From Thalia democratica (lineage: Eukaryota): 64,000 nt of DNA. Under the pieces are notes generated by a model. That model did no database searches. It was not told the origin of the DNA and was given only the letters and a program-made list of their open reading frames with translations. Made by a program: the position numbers and the translations under genes. This document shows, in pieces, positions 62,437 through 64,000 of this stretch (the first letter of the stretch is position 1; every line of letters begins with the position of its first letter). The stretch is from positions 30,566,001 through 30,630,000 of the forward strand of contig OZ241826.1 in the NCBI GenBank assembly GCA_965202585.1. Direction: 5' to 3'.

Positions 62437-62604
62437 GTGTTTGTCAACAAGAGCCTGTCCATTGGCAGCTGCAAACAACTCGTCGGGTTGAGGAGACAGT
62501 TGCGATGCAGGGACTTTACCGTGGGGTTTTCCCACAACAGCAACTACGCAAACGGCAGGGCGTTGATCAACCTCCATAGAAACAACATAAAACTTAAAGT
62601 TTGA
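62437..62604 (+). CDS. Unidentified terminal coding exon, unit-2 copy
   Basis: Paralog of 48217-48384; the upstream region has a +1 frameshift near 62335 relative to unit 1. Confidence 0.55.
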   Translation: MFVNKSLSIGSCKQLVGLRRQLRCRDFTVGFSHNSNYANGRALINLHRNNIKLKV

Positions 62605-64000
62605 ATTGTGAGCATATTGTTATGTTGTGTTTATTTTACTTGTTTGTTAGGAGTTAAAAAGTTGTCTTAATTTGGTTTGAAACTATTCAAACTTTTAAAG
62701 TTTATTGAAAACTGGAGACTGTGTCAAATAGTTCTTTATTGTATACAAATAAACTTTGACGGCTAATAATTAAAGATAAGCAACTAAACTGTTGAGTAGT
62801 ATAAGACAAGAACCAGCCATTTAGATCAAATAAAATAACATTTAATTCTAGTTTAAAACAGGCGGGGTGCGATAAACGAGGGAAATTCGCGTCAAAATCG
62901 ACCCCTACACGCTCCACAGCACCCAATATCTGCTAGTATGCGACAGAGGGTTAGTGGTAGACCACTGGGTACAAGTTTCAACACGGGGAATTTTCGCGAT
63001 TGTGACGTGAGTCAGCTGCAGAGGACTCTAAAGAAACTTAATTGTTTGTTTTTTGAAACAATGCAGTAAGGATTTCACTCAGTTTATATGCATGCTACTA
63101 TATTACGAATATCTGTATTTAATTTTTTGACAAGCTCAGAAACAGTAAGCAAGCTTTTACTCACAGTAAGGCAGAAGAAAATTTACAAGTTTAACATATA
63201 TTGTATACAGTTTATTTTATGTATGCTTTAACCTTAACTTAATTTAAAATTTCATATATTTTTATCATAATTTTGCCATGGAATAAAATAATATTCTAAA
63301 CAATTGCTGAAGAGCTCGAGATCAAGAAGTAATTCAAAGAAGAAAAGTGAACAGTAGAATGAAGAAACGAAACAAATTAAAAAACACAATACAATGCCCA
63401 AACCCAACTTCAATGTCAAGTGTGTGAATAGATTTGGTTTAGATTTAAAAAGGTTACTATTAACTTACTATGTATAACTATAGTTTAATATTAATTAAAG
63501 CATTCAAGAAATTATTATTTCAAAACTAGTCAACTTTGAAAAACAATAACAAGAAAAATGGTTGAAAATACCAATTTTCATTCAAACAAAAAATACCTGA
63601 ACAACAAATTTTAGAATACAGCAAAGTACTAAAACACCAATAAATAGACAGGAGGTGGTCAATTTGTTACTTAGAAGCGTCAAGTGGTAGCGTTGCCATG
63701 AAAACTGGGAAGGGTTCTCGGTAAAATCGAACAATGGGGAGGACAAGTTGCAATTAAAGGTTGAGAAACAATAACAATAATAAGAATGATAAGAATATAA
63801 TTATAATAATTATAACAATAATATTCAACTATTATTAACAATAATTAATATACTGAAATGAATATTTACTTAAGAAACTAAACAAATCAAATTTTAATAT
63901 TAAGACTGAGTTTTAGTAGAAGTTTAAATTTTTAGCTAAGTTTTAAAATCAATATAACAACAATAATAATAATAATCAAAGCTGTATGTAGCTTTCTTTT

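Larger units (their letters stand above)
50453..64000. repeat. Segmental tandem duplication unit 2 (runs off window end)
   Basis: Copy of 36367-49782. Confidence 0.95.

Overview
Very AT-rich, intron-containing animal (invertebrate-type) genomic DNA with canonical GT-AG introns; the species cannot be identified from sequence alone. (1) 1473-9730 is a Mutator/Foldback-like DNA transposon. It has long asymmetric TIRs built partly from 397-bp tandem repeats and a 10-bp TSD (ATCATTAAAA). It carries a spliced, truncated MULE transposase whose first exon is a huge acidic repeat region, and its right arm plus flank is tandemly duplicated (9814-11815). (2) Two C-type lectin-domain genes lie on the minus strand, one of them frameshifted and membrane-anchored. 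(3) Three tandem, minus-strand eyes absent (EYA)-like genes: A 23761-32148, B 39268-44397 and C 53412-58494. B and C sit in a ~14.1-kb tandem segmental duplication. All three lack key HAD phosphatase residues (DxDxT -> DLNDV; GDG -> GCG/GTV), so they look like an EYA pseudophosphatase cluster. Manual splicing reveals a 9-nt microexon conserved in all three genes and an apparently reciprocally lost duplicated terminal exon. Copy B has lost a splice acceptor and gained an in-frame TAA, but the next AG would route it into a fully open alternative frame, giving a new 115-aa C-terminus. B and C also have a new first exon open in two frames. The duplicated unit further carries MITEs, CRE-containing promoter-like islands and an unidentified plus-strand coding exon. 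Gene models are manual predictions without transcript support.
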